DNA of 64,000 nt from Candidatus Cloacimonadales bacterium (GTDB lineage: Bacteria > Cloacimonadota > Cloacimonadia > Cloacimonadales > JAIOQZ01), in assembly GCA_963665815.1 (NCBI GenBank), contig OY762463.1, positions 3,584,001-3,648,000 on the forward strand. Reading direction: 5' to 3'. Below are positions 42,646-52,161 of this stretch, one piece after another. Every line of letters starts with the position of its first letter. Position 1 is the stretch's first letter. Below the pieces are notes generated by a model. It was given only the letters and a program-made list of their open reading frames with translations, had not been told where the DNA came from and did not search any database. Both the position numbers and the translations under genes were made by a program.

Positions 42646-43647
42646 ATGGCTTTTAACTTAAGAAATCGTAATTTTTTAACACTGCTTGACTTCACACCAA
42701 AGGAAATCCGTTTTCTTCTTGAATTGTCAGCAGATTTAAAAAAAGCAAAATATAATGGTACTGAGCAACCTAGACTTGAAGGCAAAAACATTGCTCTCAT
42801 TTTTGAAAAAGCTTCAACAAGAACACGTTGTGCATTTGAAGTTGCAGCATATGATCAGGGAGCTCATGTTACATATCTTGGTCCTACCGGATCTCAGATT
42901 GGTAAGAAAGAAACTATGAAAGACACTGCAAGAGTTCTTGGTAGAATGTATGATGGTATTGAGTACCGTGGCTTTGGTCAACCAATCGTAGAAGAACTTG
43001 GTAAGTACGCTGGTGTACCGGTGTGGAATGGTTTAACTAACGAATATCATCCAACTCAAATTTTAGCAGATCTTCTCACAATTATGGAAAACATCTCCAA
43101 ACCTCTGGAAAACGTTATCTTTACATACGTTGGTGACGGAAGAAACAACATGGCAAACTCATTGATGATTGGTTGTGCTAAAATGGGAATGGATTTCAGA
43201 CTTGTTGCTCCGAAGGAAGTTCATCCTGAAGCTGGACTTGTTGAACAATGTGAAGAAATTGCTGCACAAACAGGTGCTAAAATCATGATTACAGACAATA
43301 TTGATGCCGGTGTAAAAGATACTGATGTAATATATACAGACGTATGGGTATCAATGGGTGAACCTGAAGAAGTATGGAAACAGAGAATTGAACTTCTTAT
43401 GCCTTATCAGGTAAATATGGAAATGATGAAAAAATCTGGTAAAAAAAGCACATTATTCATGCACTGCCTTCCTTCATTCCATAACACAGATACTGTTATA
43501 GGAAAAGAAATTTTCGAGAAATTCGGAATTGATGCAATGGAAGCAACAGATGAAGTTTTTGAATGTGAAAACTCTGTAGTTTTTGATGAAGCAGAAAACA
43601 GAATGCACACAATTAAAGCAGTAATGGTTGCTACTCTCGGTAAATAG
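42646..43647 (+). CDS. argF: Ornithine carbamoyltransferase
   Basis: [39 protein letters not shown]. Anabolic versus catabolic (arcB) role cannot be determined here. Confidence 0.95.
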   Translation: MAFNLRNRNFLTLLDFTPKEIRFLLELSADLKKAKYNGTEQPRLEGKNIALIFEKASTRTRCAFEVAAYDQGAHVTYLGPTGSQIGKKETMKDTARVLGRMYDGIEYRGFGQPIVEELGKYAGVPVWNGLTNEYHPTQILADLLTIMENISKPLENVIFTYVGDGRNNMANSLMIGCAKMGMDFRLVAPKEVHPEAGLVEQCEEIAAQTGAKIMITDNIDAGVKDTDVIYTDVWVSMGEPEEVWKQRIELLMPYQVNMEMMKKSGKKSTLFMHCLPSFHNTDTVIGKEIFEKFGIDAMEATDEVFECENSVVFDEAENRMHTIKAVMVATLGK

Positions 43648-43678
43648 TCTTTTAGACTGCAATAAAAAAGAATTTTAA

Positions 43679-43709
43679 GCCTGTCCAGATTATGGACGGG
43701 CATTTTTTT
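43679..43709 (+). terminator. Intrinsic terminator after argF
   Basis: gcctgtcca-gatta-tggacgggc followed by T7. Confidence 0.75.
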
Positions 43710-43904
43710 CAAATATGTCTATTATTGGATAGATGATTTTTCACCCTGAATAATGTTGATTCCATTAACCAATTTATAACTTTAAAGAAATACTAGTTTT
43801 TTTAAAAAACATTTGACTTATCCTTTTTTTAGTGCTTATATTTTCCTCTGCTTCAAGAAGTAAAATATTTACTATGTAAAATAAATTCTAAAAAGGAGAG
43901 TTTA

Positions 43905-46900
43905 ATGAGTAAGAAGCTAGTTTCAATAATCTTACTAACTTTTGCATTCTTTGCTTTGCATGCGCAGACTGCAGGAGGTCCGGATGCCTTCGGGTATTCA
44001 TGGCGAAACAGCAATGATCCGAGTGGTCCAACATATGGTTGGATAACTCCGGACACGGTAAATGGAAATCTTGTAACGGGACAGGCCGATGACAACATGG
44101 TCGGACCATTCCCTATAGGATTCCAATTCCCATTTTATGCTAACACCTATACTGATTTCTATTTGAGTTCAAATGGATTTATATCTTTCTCAGGTGATTC
44201 AAACAGTCTTTCTAACTATACAATTCCAACTTCCGGAACCCCAAATGCTTTTATCGCGTGGTTCTGGGATGATATGGACCCTGTAAGTTCTTCAACGCCA
44301 GCAAACAATGCAACAGTGATATACGAAAATATTACTGTTGACAATGCTAATGCTATGTTGATCTCTTTTGTTAATTATCATGAATATCCTGGTGAAAATG
44401 CTGGTTATGTAGATTGTCAAGTAATACTGAAAGCCAATGGTGAAATTATTATTCAGTATGATCATATTGATAATTCAATTGATAGAAATGGTTGTACAGT
44501 TGGTATTGAGAACAGTGTCGGTACAATTGGTCTTGAATATCTATTCAACAATGGAGCAAACTTCAGTGATCAGCTTGCAATACGATTCTACACAATCGAA
44601 CCGGGTTATCCTGAGTTTCCAAGAAATGCAAGTCCTGCAGATAATTCACAAGGTGTTGCTGTAAATGGCAACCTCACATGGGATTTCGGTGCTGATACCG
44701 ACAGCTATGACTTATGGTTCGGACCTGCCGGAAACATGACACAGGTTGTAACCGGAGCTACTGCCGGAGCTAATGCTTCATATGCATACACCGGATTAAA
44801 TACTCTTACAGATTACGAATGGCAAGTTGTTTGTCATAACACTAACACACGTTTGACAACTCCCGGATCTGTATGGGGTTTTACGACTCAATGTGGAACT
44901 GTATCAACATTCCCATTCAATGTAGACTTCGAAAATGGTGGAGCTGAACCATCATGCTGGAATCAGGATCCTGGCAACCTTGATCCATGGACTTTCGGAA
45001 CATCAACTCCATCGGTCAATACAGGTCCTCAAAGTGGTGACCATACTTCCGGCTCAGGATACTTCATGTATACTGAAGCATCAGGTAATCTGAACCAGAC
45101 TTTCACAATTGAATCACCGGTATTTGATGTTTCAGGAGCAACTTCTCCATCACTTGAATTCTGGTATCATATGTATGGACAGACAATGGGATCTCTTCAG
45201 GTCAACATACATAAGCTTACATCAAACATTTATATTAACGACGTTGTTCCTGCCATTTCAGGAGATCAAGGAGATGTATGGAATGTTCAATCGATAGACC
45301 TTACACCATATAATGATGAACCAATTGCAATTCAATTTATTGGAACAACCGGAAGTGACTACTATAGTGACATTTGTATTGATGATTTCTCAATCATTGA
45401 TCTTGTTAATCCTCCGGGATGTACAACTATAAATTTCCCTGTTAATATGGGAATAGATGTTCTTGAAGATGGTATGTTAAGCTGGAATGCTTCTGTAGCA
45501 ACTTCAGGATACAAAGTCTATCTTGGTACAGATAATCCTCCAACAAACATGATTGATGGTCTTGACGTCGGGGCCAATACAACATACACATATACAGGTC
45601 TTTCATATGCAACAAACTACTACTGGAAGATTGTACCTTACAATGCAAATGGCGATGCAACAGGTTGTCCTGTAAACAGCTTTGTGACACGTGGAGATCC
45701 TACAGTAACAACATATCCTTATACTGAAGATTTCGAAAGCGGCACAATACCTACTAACTGGTTAAATCTGACTGATGTTGACAATAATGACTGGACATTC
45801 ATTTCTAATCATAACTATGGTGCTACATTTGACCACACATCAGGTTCAGGACTTTTCGCTGCATTTGATGATGCCGGTGGAGATGACTGCTGGCTTATGT
45901 CTACAGTATTTGATATTACAGCATTAACTAATCCTAGTCTTGAGTTTTACTATTGGATTGGTATAGATACACAAGCAGCACAGGCTCAATCAGTACTTCA
46001 TATTGATATAATCTCTGGAGACAGTGTTTATTATGATGTTTCAACATTATCATATTCTTCTCACTGGACAGCTTATTCACTTGATTTAACTCCTTACAGT
46101 TCAGACAGGGTCAAAGTGTTATTCAGAGGAGAAGGAAGTTCATCAATTTACAGTGATGTGGCAATAGATGATTTTCTTATTCATGATATTAATACTGCAC
46201 CTGTTTGTAATACACTCCTTGCTCCAGCCGATCAGGCAACATTCGTAAGTATTGATGAAGTACTTTCATGGGATGGTACTCCCGGAGCATCAGGATACAA
46301 ACTTTATCTTGGAACAGATAATCCTCCAACAAATATTGACAATGGTACTGATCTTGGAAATGTATACTCATATTCATTACCATTCGTAAATTATGACACC
46401 GTATTCTACTGGTCAATTGTACCATATAATCCAATAGGAGAAGCAGCAAACTGCTCAGTAAGGTCTTTCACAACAAGAACAGATCCTACTGTAAGCACAT
46501 TCCCTTATAACGCATCATTCTCAGACCAATCCCTTCCTCTGGACTGGATTAACATGACAAATGATTCTGACGAATGGATATTATCTCCATCTCAAACATA
46601 TACATGTTCATCTGAACATACTGGAAATGGCGGAAACGCTTTAATTTTTGATGATAGTGGTACAGGTGTGGATTCAGCTGTTGTTCAGACAACTGTTTTT
46701 GATATCACCGGCATGACAAATCCTGTTGCAGCTTTTTATTACTGGATTGGTGTTCAGTCACAACAGGCTCAGTTGCAGTCTAACTTATACGTAGATGTAT
46801 TATCAAACGGTGTATGGGATTATAATGTTGTTTCCTATACATACACCGGAGCATGGGCAGTTGCATCTATTGACTTGATTCCGTATATGGGTAATGATGT

Positions 46901-49900
46901 TAAACTTCAATTACGCGGTGTTGGAACATCTAGTTTCTATAGTGACATAGCAGTCGATGACTTCATAATTTATGACGCAACTACCCCTCCTGGCTGTGCT
47001 CTTGCAATTAACCCACTTAATGGACAGGGAGAAGTTGTAGAAACCGGTTCTCTAAACTGGGCAGCAGCAATGGGAGCTACAGGTTATTATTTAAGTTTCG
47101 GTTCTGACAACCCTCCAACTGACATTGTTGATAATGTTGATCTTGGTAATGTTTTAACTTATGACTTTACAAACCTTAATAGAGAGACAACATATTACTG
47201 GTCTGTCACCCCTTACAATGGTAACGGAACAGCAACAGGCTGCCCTATATGGCACTTCCAGACAATACCGGACTCTGTTGTTACAACTTTCCCATGGGTT
47301 GTTACATTCGACAACGGTCAAATACCTATGTGGTGGGAAGATGATCCAACTAATCTTGATCCATGGTCTATAGGTTCTTCAACTTCATCAGTAGATACAG
47401 GACCGCAATCCGGTGACCATACTTCCGGTGGTGGACAGTTTATTTATACTGAAGCATCAGGAAACCTTAATCAAACATTTAAAATGAAAACTTCAGGATA
47501 CGATATTACCGGTTTAGTTGCACCTCAACTTGTATTCTACTATCACATGTATGGTCAGTCTATGGGATCACTTGCTGTGAATATCATCCAACCTGGTTCA
47601 GGAACAATTCATACTGATGTAATGACTCCTGTCACAGGTGATCAGGGTGATGTATGGAATGAAGCCGTTATAGACCTTCTTCCATACAATGCAGAACCAT
47701 TCATTGTTGAATTCGTCGGAACAACTGGAAATGACTTTTACAGTGATATCTGTATTGATGATGTCATTGTTTATGATAACACAATGCCTCCGGGATGTAT
47801 CTCTGAATCAACTCCAATTCACATGGCAATTGATGTTGTTGAATCCAGTAACCTTTCCTGGAGTAGTACTCTTGGAGCAACCGGATTCAATATCAGTCTT
47901 GGAACAGACAATCCTCCAACAAATATTCTGAGTAATGTAGATCTTGGAGATACATTAATGTATACTCTTTCAGGTCTCAGCTACTCAACAACATATTTCT
48001 GGCAAATTATACCTTACAATGACAATGGAACAGCTACAGGCTGTCCTGTATGGAGTTTCACAACTCGTGGTGATCCCACAGTAAACATATTCCCTTATGT
48101 TGCGGACTTTGACAATGGTACACTTCCACAATGGTGGTATGATGATCCAGCTAATCCTGCTCCATGGATCGTATCATCTTCAACACCAAGTGCAAATACC
48201 GGTCCTCAAGCCGGTGACCATACTTCAGGAACCGGTAACTTTGCTTATGTAGAATCAAATAACCACATAAATGAAGCTCATACACTTACTTCAACAGTAT
48301 TTGATATTACAGGATTACAGTCTCCTCAACTTGGGTTATGGTATCATATGTATGGAAATGACAATGGTTCTTTCCAGGTTCATATTTATCAACCACAATC
48401 CGGAACTTTGCATTCAGACGTAATGACACCTGTTAATGGTAATCAAGGTTCTGTATGGCAATGTGCAAACATCGACCTTACACCTTACGCTGCTGAACCA
48501 TTCGTTGTTCAAATGGTTGCTACAACCGGTCAAAATGGTCTCAGTGATATTGCAGTTGATGACTTTACTATCTATAGTAATACTGTACCTCCTTCATGTG
48601 TTACCCTTAACGCTCCTGCTGATCAGGCAGTTGAAGAGACCGAATACGGTGAACTTAATTGGAACAGTGTTCTTGGAGCAACAGGCTACAGACTGTTCTT
48701 CGGTACAGATAACCCTCCAACTGACATTGAAAACGGAACTGACATAAGCGACAGTACATATTTTGCTTTTGCCGGATTAACTTATGGTACAACATATTAC
48801 TGGCAAGTAGTACCTTACAATGGTAATGGCAACTCAACAGGATGTCCTGTATGGAGCTTTACTGTTCGTGGTGATCCTACTATCACAGCTTATCCATATT
48901 CAGTAGACTTTGATGATGGATCTCTTCCAACCTGGTGGTCACAAGACACAACTGATGATATGGACTGGACAATGAATTCAGGTACAACAAATTCGACTAA
49001 TACCGGACCTACAGGTGATCATACTTCCGGAGCCGGATATTACTTATACACAGAGGCATCCGGATATAACAATATGACAGCTAACCTCGAAACAAGACCA
49101 TTTGATTTTTCTAACAATGGATACCCTGTACTTTCATTCTGGTATCACATGTATGGACAAACAATGGGAACTCTCAGTATTGATGTTTATAGTCACACAA
49201 ACAGCAGCTGGACAAATGATTTCTTCTCAATCAGTGGAGATCAGGGTAATCAATGGTTAGAGCAACAAGTTGATCTGACAGTATTTGTTGGACAAACTGT
49301 TCACATCAGATTCAGAGGACATACCGGTGATAACTATTACAGTGACATCTGTATTGATGATGTCAGTATGCTCAATATGATTCCACCGGATGATGACCTT
49401 GCAGCATTGACTATAGTTGGTAATGCAACCCCACGAGTTGGTATTACAAGTACATATACCGTTACAGTAAGAAATATTGGTTTCAATGATCAATCTACCT
49501 ACGATGTTAAGTTAATGGAAAATGGTAATGAACTTGCAACTGTTACTGGACAGGCAATTACTCAAGGTCAGAATATTGATTTTGATATTGACTGGACTCC
49601 TACTGTAGAAGGCGTAACCGATATTTATGGTAAAGTCGTTCTTGCAGGTGACGAAGCAACACCAAATGATGAAACAGAACTATTACGGGTTGATGTTCAA
49701 CCTTCACAAACAGGTATTGCAGGTACAGTAACTGACGTACTTGGTAATCCTCTTGATAATGTTCAAATACTTGTAGAAGAACTTGCATCAGTTGTTTATA
49801 CTGATGAAACAGGACATTACGAATACCTGGCTATGCCACCTGAATCCTACACAGTAACAGCTTCACTTACAAATTACACAAGCCAGACTATTGGCGGTGT

Positions 49901-51074
49901 TCAAGTTGTTCAGGATCAGACAACCATAATTGATATTCAACTTGGTCAAGGTGCTATCATCAGCGGATTTGTAAGAGATACTTATACTAATCCGGTTCCA
50001 AATGTTGAAATGACTCTCAGTGACAGTACAGTTGTTTATACCGATGATTCAGGATTCTATATTATCCTTAATCTTCCAACAGCAACATTCAGCCTTACTG
50101 CATCAAAAGATGGTTTTGAATCAGTTACAACTGATAACATCAATGCGGTTGATGGACAAACTGTTGATGTTGACTTCAATATTCTTGAATTTGGTAGACT
50201 TCATATTGACTTCACATCAAATACAGGAAACAACGCCGGTGCTGTAGCTGTAATGACAGATACTTCTGACAATACAGAATACACTGCAACATCTGATGCT
50301 GATGGTAATATTGACATTGGTGGAATGTATCCCGGAACTTATAACCTTGTTGTTACAAAAGCAGATCACGATCCATATACACAAGATGGAATCCAGATTG
50401 TTGCAGGTGACAATACAGGCTTAAATGTTGATCTGTTTGAAGTGTTGATTGCTCCTACTAATGTAGAATGGATATCAAATGGTGGATACTTGAGATGGAC
50501 TCATGGTGGTAGACTGTACGAAACAAGAGCAGGCGATAATGATGTTCTTGCTGATGGTGAATCCTACACAGAAAGAGATTCTGATAATGAAGAAGACGAA
50601 CGTGCATTCCTTTATTTCAGAGTTGAAGTTGATATAGTAAATCAGACAACACAAGATACATTCTTTGTATTGCAGGGATTTGCTGAGAATGAAGAATTAA
50701 CAGCCAGAATTACAGCAATCTATGAAAGTGGAACAGCTGCAGCTCCTGATTATACATTTAATTATGTTGTTGCAAATGATCCTGATGATGTAAATCTTGT
50801 AACAGAACTTAAAGGTAACTATCCTAACCCATTCAATCCTACTACACACATTGAATTCTCACTTAAGAAAGCCGGAAGAGTAGAACTCGCTGTCTACAAT
50901 ATTAACGGACAGAAAGTAAGAACACTTGTAAGTGAAGAAATGGAAGCAGATAACCATAAGGTTACCTGGAATGGTAAAGATGACAGAGGAAACTCAGTAT
51001 CAAGTGGAGTATACTTCTACAGACTGCAAACCTCTGAAGTATCACAAACTAAGAAAATGCTGATGCTTAAATAG
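43905..51074 (+). CDS. Gene C: 2389-aa secreted modular protein (NIDO-like, 6 MAM-like modules, Fn3-like linkers, CARDB, carboxypeptidase-regulatory-like stalk, FlgD-Ig/CTD)
   Basis: RBS aaggag, signal peptide, GGPDAFGYSW N-domain, five (T/S)DNPPT linkers, MAM motifs, CTD as in B. Confidence 0.92.
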   Translation: MSKKLVSIILLTFAFFALHAQTAGGPDAFGYSWRNSNDPSGPTYGWITPDTVNGNLVTGQADDNMVGPFPIGFQFPFYANTYTDFYLSSNGFISFSGDSNSLSNYTIPTSGTPNAFIAWFWDDMDPVSSSTPANNATVIYENITVDNANAMLISFVNYHEYPGENAGYVDCQVILKANGEIIIQYDHIDNSIDRNGCTVGIENSVGTIGLEYLFNNGANFSDQLAIRFYTIEPGYPEFPRNASPADNSQGVAVNGNLTWDFGADTDSYDLWFGPAGNMTQVVTGATAGANASYAYTGLNTLTDYEWQVVCHNTNTRLTTPGSVWGFTTQCGTVSTFPFNVDFENGGAEPSCWNQDPGNLDPWTFGTSTPSVNTGPQSGDHTSGSGYFMYTEASGNLNQTFTIESPVFDVSGATSPSLEFWYHMYGQTMGSLQVNIHKLTSNIYINDVVPAISGDQGDVWNVQSIDLTPYNDEPIAIQFIGTTGSDYYSDICIDDFSIIDLVNPPGCTTINFPVNMGIDVLEDGMLSWNASVATSGYKVYLGTDNPPTNMIDGLDVGANTTYTYTGLSYATNYYWKIVPYNANGDATGCPVNSFVTRGDPTVTTYPYTEDFESGTIPTNWLNLTDVDNNDWTFISNHNYGATFDHTSGSGLFAAFDDAGGDDCWLMSTVFDITALTNPSLEFYYWIGIDTQAAQAQSVLHIDIISGDSVYYDVSTLSYSSHWTAYSLDLTPYSSDRVKVLFRGEGSSSIYSDVAIDDFLIHDINTAPVCNTLLAPADQATFVSIDEVLSWDGTPGASGYKLYLGTDNPPTNIDNGTDLGNVYSYSLPFVNYDTVFYWSIVPYNPIGEAANCSVRSFTTRTDPTVSTFPYNASFSDQSLPLDWINMTNDSDEWILSPSQTYTCSSEHTGNGGNALIFDDSGTGVDSAVVQTTVFDITGMTNPVAAFYYWIGVQSQQAQLQSNLYVDVLSNGVWDYNVVSYTYTGAWAVASIDLIPYMGNDVKLQLRGVGTSSFYSDIAVDDFIIYDATTPPGCALAINPLNGQGEVVETGSLNWAAAMGATGYYLSFGSDNPPTDIVDNVDLGNVLTYDFTNLNRETTYYWSVTPYNGNGTATGCPIWHFQTIPDSVVTTFPWVVTFDNGQIPMWWEDDPTNLDPWSIGSSTSSVDTGPQSGDHTSGGGQFIYTEASGNLNQTFKMKTSGYDITGLVAPQLVFYYHMYGQSMGSLAVNIIQPGSGTIHTDVMTPVTGDQGDVWNEAVIDLLPYNAEPFIVEFVGTTGNDFYSDICIDDVIVYDNTMPPGCISESTPIHMAIDVVESSNLSWSSTLGATGFNISLGTDNPPTNILSNVDLGDTLMYTLSGLSYSTTYFWQIIPYNDNGTATGCPVWSFTTRGDPTVNIFPYVADFDNGTLPQWWYDDPANPAPWIVSSSTPSANTGPQAGDHTSGTGNFAYVESNNHINEAHTLTSTVFDITGLQSPQLGLWYHMYGNDNGSFQVHIYQPQSGTLHSDVMTPVNGNQGSVWQCANIDLTPYAAEPFVVQMVATTGQNGLSDIAVDDFTIYSNTVPPSCVTLNAPADQAVEETEYGELNWNSVLGATGYRLFFGTDNPPTDIENGTDISDSTYFAFAGLTYGTTYYWQVVPYNGNGNSTGCPVWSFTVRGDPTITAYPYSVDFDDGSLPTWWSQDTTDDMDWTMNSGTTNSTNTGPTGDHTSGAGYYLYTEASGYNNMTANLETRPFDFSNNGYPVLSFWYHMYGQTMGTLSIDVYSHTNSSWTNDFFSISGDQGNQWLEQQVDLTVFVGQTVHIRFRGHTGDNYYSDICIDDVSMLNMIPPDDDLAALTIVGNATPRVGITSTYTVTVRNIGFNDQSTYDVKLMENGNELATVTGQAITQGQNIDFDIDWTPTVEGVTDIYGKVVLAGDEATPNDETELLRVDVQPSQTGIAGTVTDVLGNPLDNVQILVEELASVVYTDETGHYEYLAMPPESYTVTASLTNYTSQTIGGVQVVQDQTTIIDIQLGQGAIISGFVRDTYTNPVPNVEMTLSDSTVVYTDDSGFYIILNLPTATFSLTASKDGFESVTTDNINAVDGQTVDVDFNILEFGRLHIDFTSNTGNNAGAVAVMTDTSDNTEYTATSDADGNIDIGGMYPGTYNLVVTKADHDPYTQDGIQIVAGDNTGLNVDLFEVLIAPTNVEWISNGGYLRWTHGGRLYETRAGDNDVLADGESYTERDSDNEEDERAFLYFRVEVDIVNQTTQDTFFVLQGFAENEELTARITAIYESGTAAAPDYTFNYVVANDPDDVNLVTELKGNYPNPFNPTTHIEFSLKKAGRVELAVYNINGQKVRTLVSEEMEADNHKVTWNGKDDRGNSVSSGVYFYRLQTSEVSQTKKMLMLK

Positions 51075-51171
51075 GCTTTAGCTGTTTACACCGTCCAAAT
51101 GGTCTTTAGACCTTTGGAATGATGTGTAAATTAGATTTCGAAACAGCCTCTCATTCGGGAGGCTGTTTTTT
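51075..51171 (+). repeat. 3' unit copy 3 (after gene C): palindrome 51085-51130 plus terminator 51141-51171
   Basis: tttacaccgtccaaatggtctttagacctttggaatgatgtgtaaa ... aaacagcctctcattcgggaggctgtttttt. Confidence 0.92.
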
Positions 51172-51214
51172 ATCTACGCTTTTAGTAGATCGGTTGAGTG
51201 TGTGACGTAACGTC

Positions 51215-51329
51215 CAACTAACGTTCAGAGGCAGACTGTATACGTTTCTCCTGACAGGAGGAAAGATTTTCAAATGAAAATCAAGGAGGTTAATTACTTT
51301 TTACGATTTTTCCCAATAACTCAAGTCCC
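51215..51329 (+). repeat. Repeat X copy a (direct repeat of 51942-52052)
   Basis: caactaacg...ctcctgacaggaggaaagattttc.aatgaaaatcaaggag.ttaattac...cccaataactcaa.tccc shared. Confidence 0.88.
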
Positions 51330-51484
51330 TGCATATCTATTCTGATAGAACTGGGTATATGATGGGCGAGCAACCTGCTCCCTTTATCTTACTCTAATAA
51401 GTTCATCAAACTTATCATTCGGCATAGATCAATTAGTTTCTAATAATGGTTTATCTGCGGACAACAGTCTTGACTTAGTGAAAC

Positions 51485-51705
51485 ATTTGCATAATTGGTG
51501 TAGTTGACTCAATTTTTGAATTCATCAAATTCTGACTCAAAATGAGCTTCTCTGAAAAGCTTTTTTATTGAATCCAAAAATCACATCAATACTTTTTAAC
51601 CATCGTAGGAGTGTCCTGTTAAAAGATTCAATAAACTCATCTATATTTTTTTAATTTTTTTCATTATACCAAAACTACTTGATTATGCTATTATGCAAAG
51701 CTCTC
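51485..51705 (-). repeat. Repeat Y copy 2 (inverted relative to 42393-42536, with 69 extra bp)
   Basis: Reverse complement aligns to copy 1; the extra segment is bounded by TGGT microhomology. Confidence 0.8.
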
Positions 51706-51941
51706 TTATTGCAAGATTTTAGATGAAATTCAGGCTATATTGGAGTGCATTGACTGATTCACCAGTGCGATGAGTAAGATCACAAGAAAAACTGTAGATT
51801 GTAACACAATTTGCACTTCTCTGTTTGTATTCTTTCAGAAACATCTAATGTTTTTCAATCATTCCAAAGGTGTTCCACATGAGTCAATCGTCCGGTTGTC
51901 TCTACGTGTTTTGGCAGAGAATTTCTAAGTATGTAAAGTCT

Positions 51942-52052
51942 CAACTAACGATCAGACCGTATAAGTTCCTCCTGACAGGAGGAAAGATTTTCGAATGAAA
52001 ATCAAGGAGATTAATTACGTTTCTACGATTTTCCCCAATAACTCAATTCCCC
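51942..52052 (+). repeat. Repeat X copy b, abutting gene D terminator
   Basis: Direct repeat of 51215-51329; right part also recurs at ~63548-63594. Confidence 0.88.
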
Positions 52053-52058
52053 TAAAAC

Positions 52059-52161
52059 AAAAAAACAGCCTCCCGAATGAGAGGCTGTTTCGAAATCTAA
52101 CTTACACATCATTCCAAAGGTCTAAAAACCATTTGGAAGGTGTAAAGAAACTGATATTGAA
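52059..52161 (-). repeat. 3' unit copy 4 (after gene D): palindrome 52102-52146 plus terminator 52059-52090
   Basis: Coding strand tttacaccttccaaatggtttttagacctttggaatgatgtgtaag ... aaacagcctctcattcgggaggctgttttttt. Confidence 0.92.

Noticed and set aside
51075..52161. CRISPR array or transposase pseudogene in the C-D spacer
   Set aside because: No regularly spaced repeat-spacer pattern, no cas genes, and no convincing HUH or DDE motifs in the frames I read.
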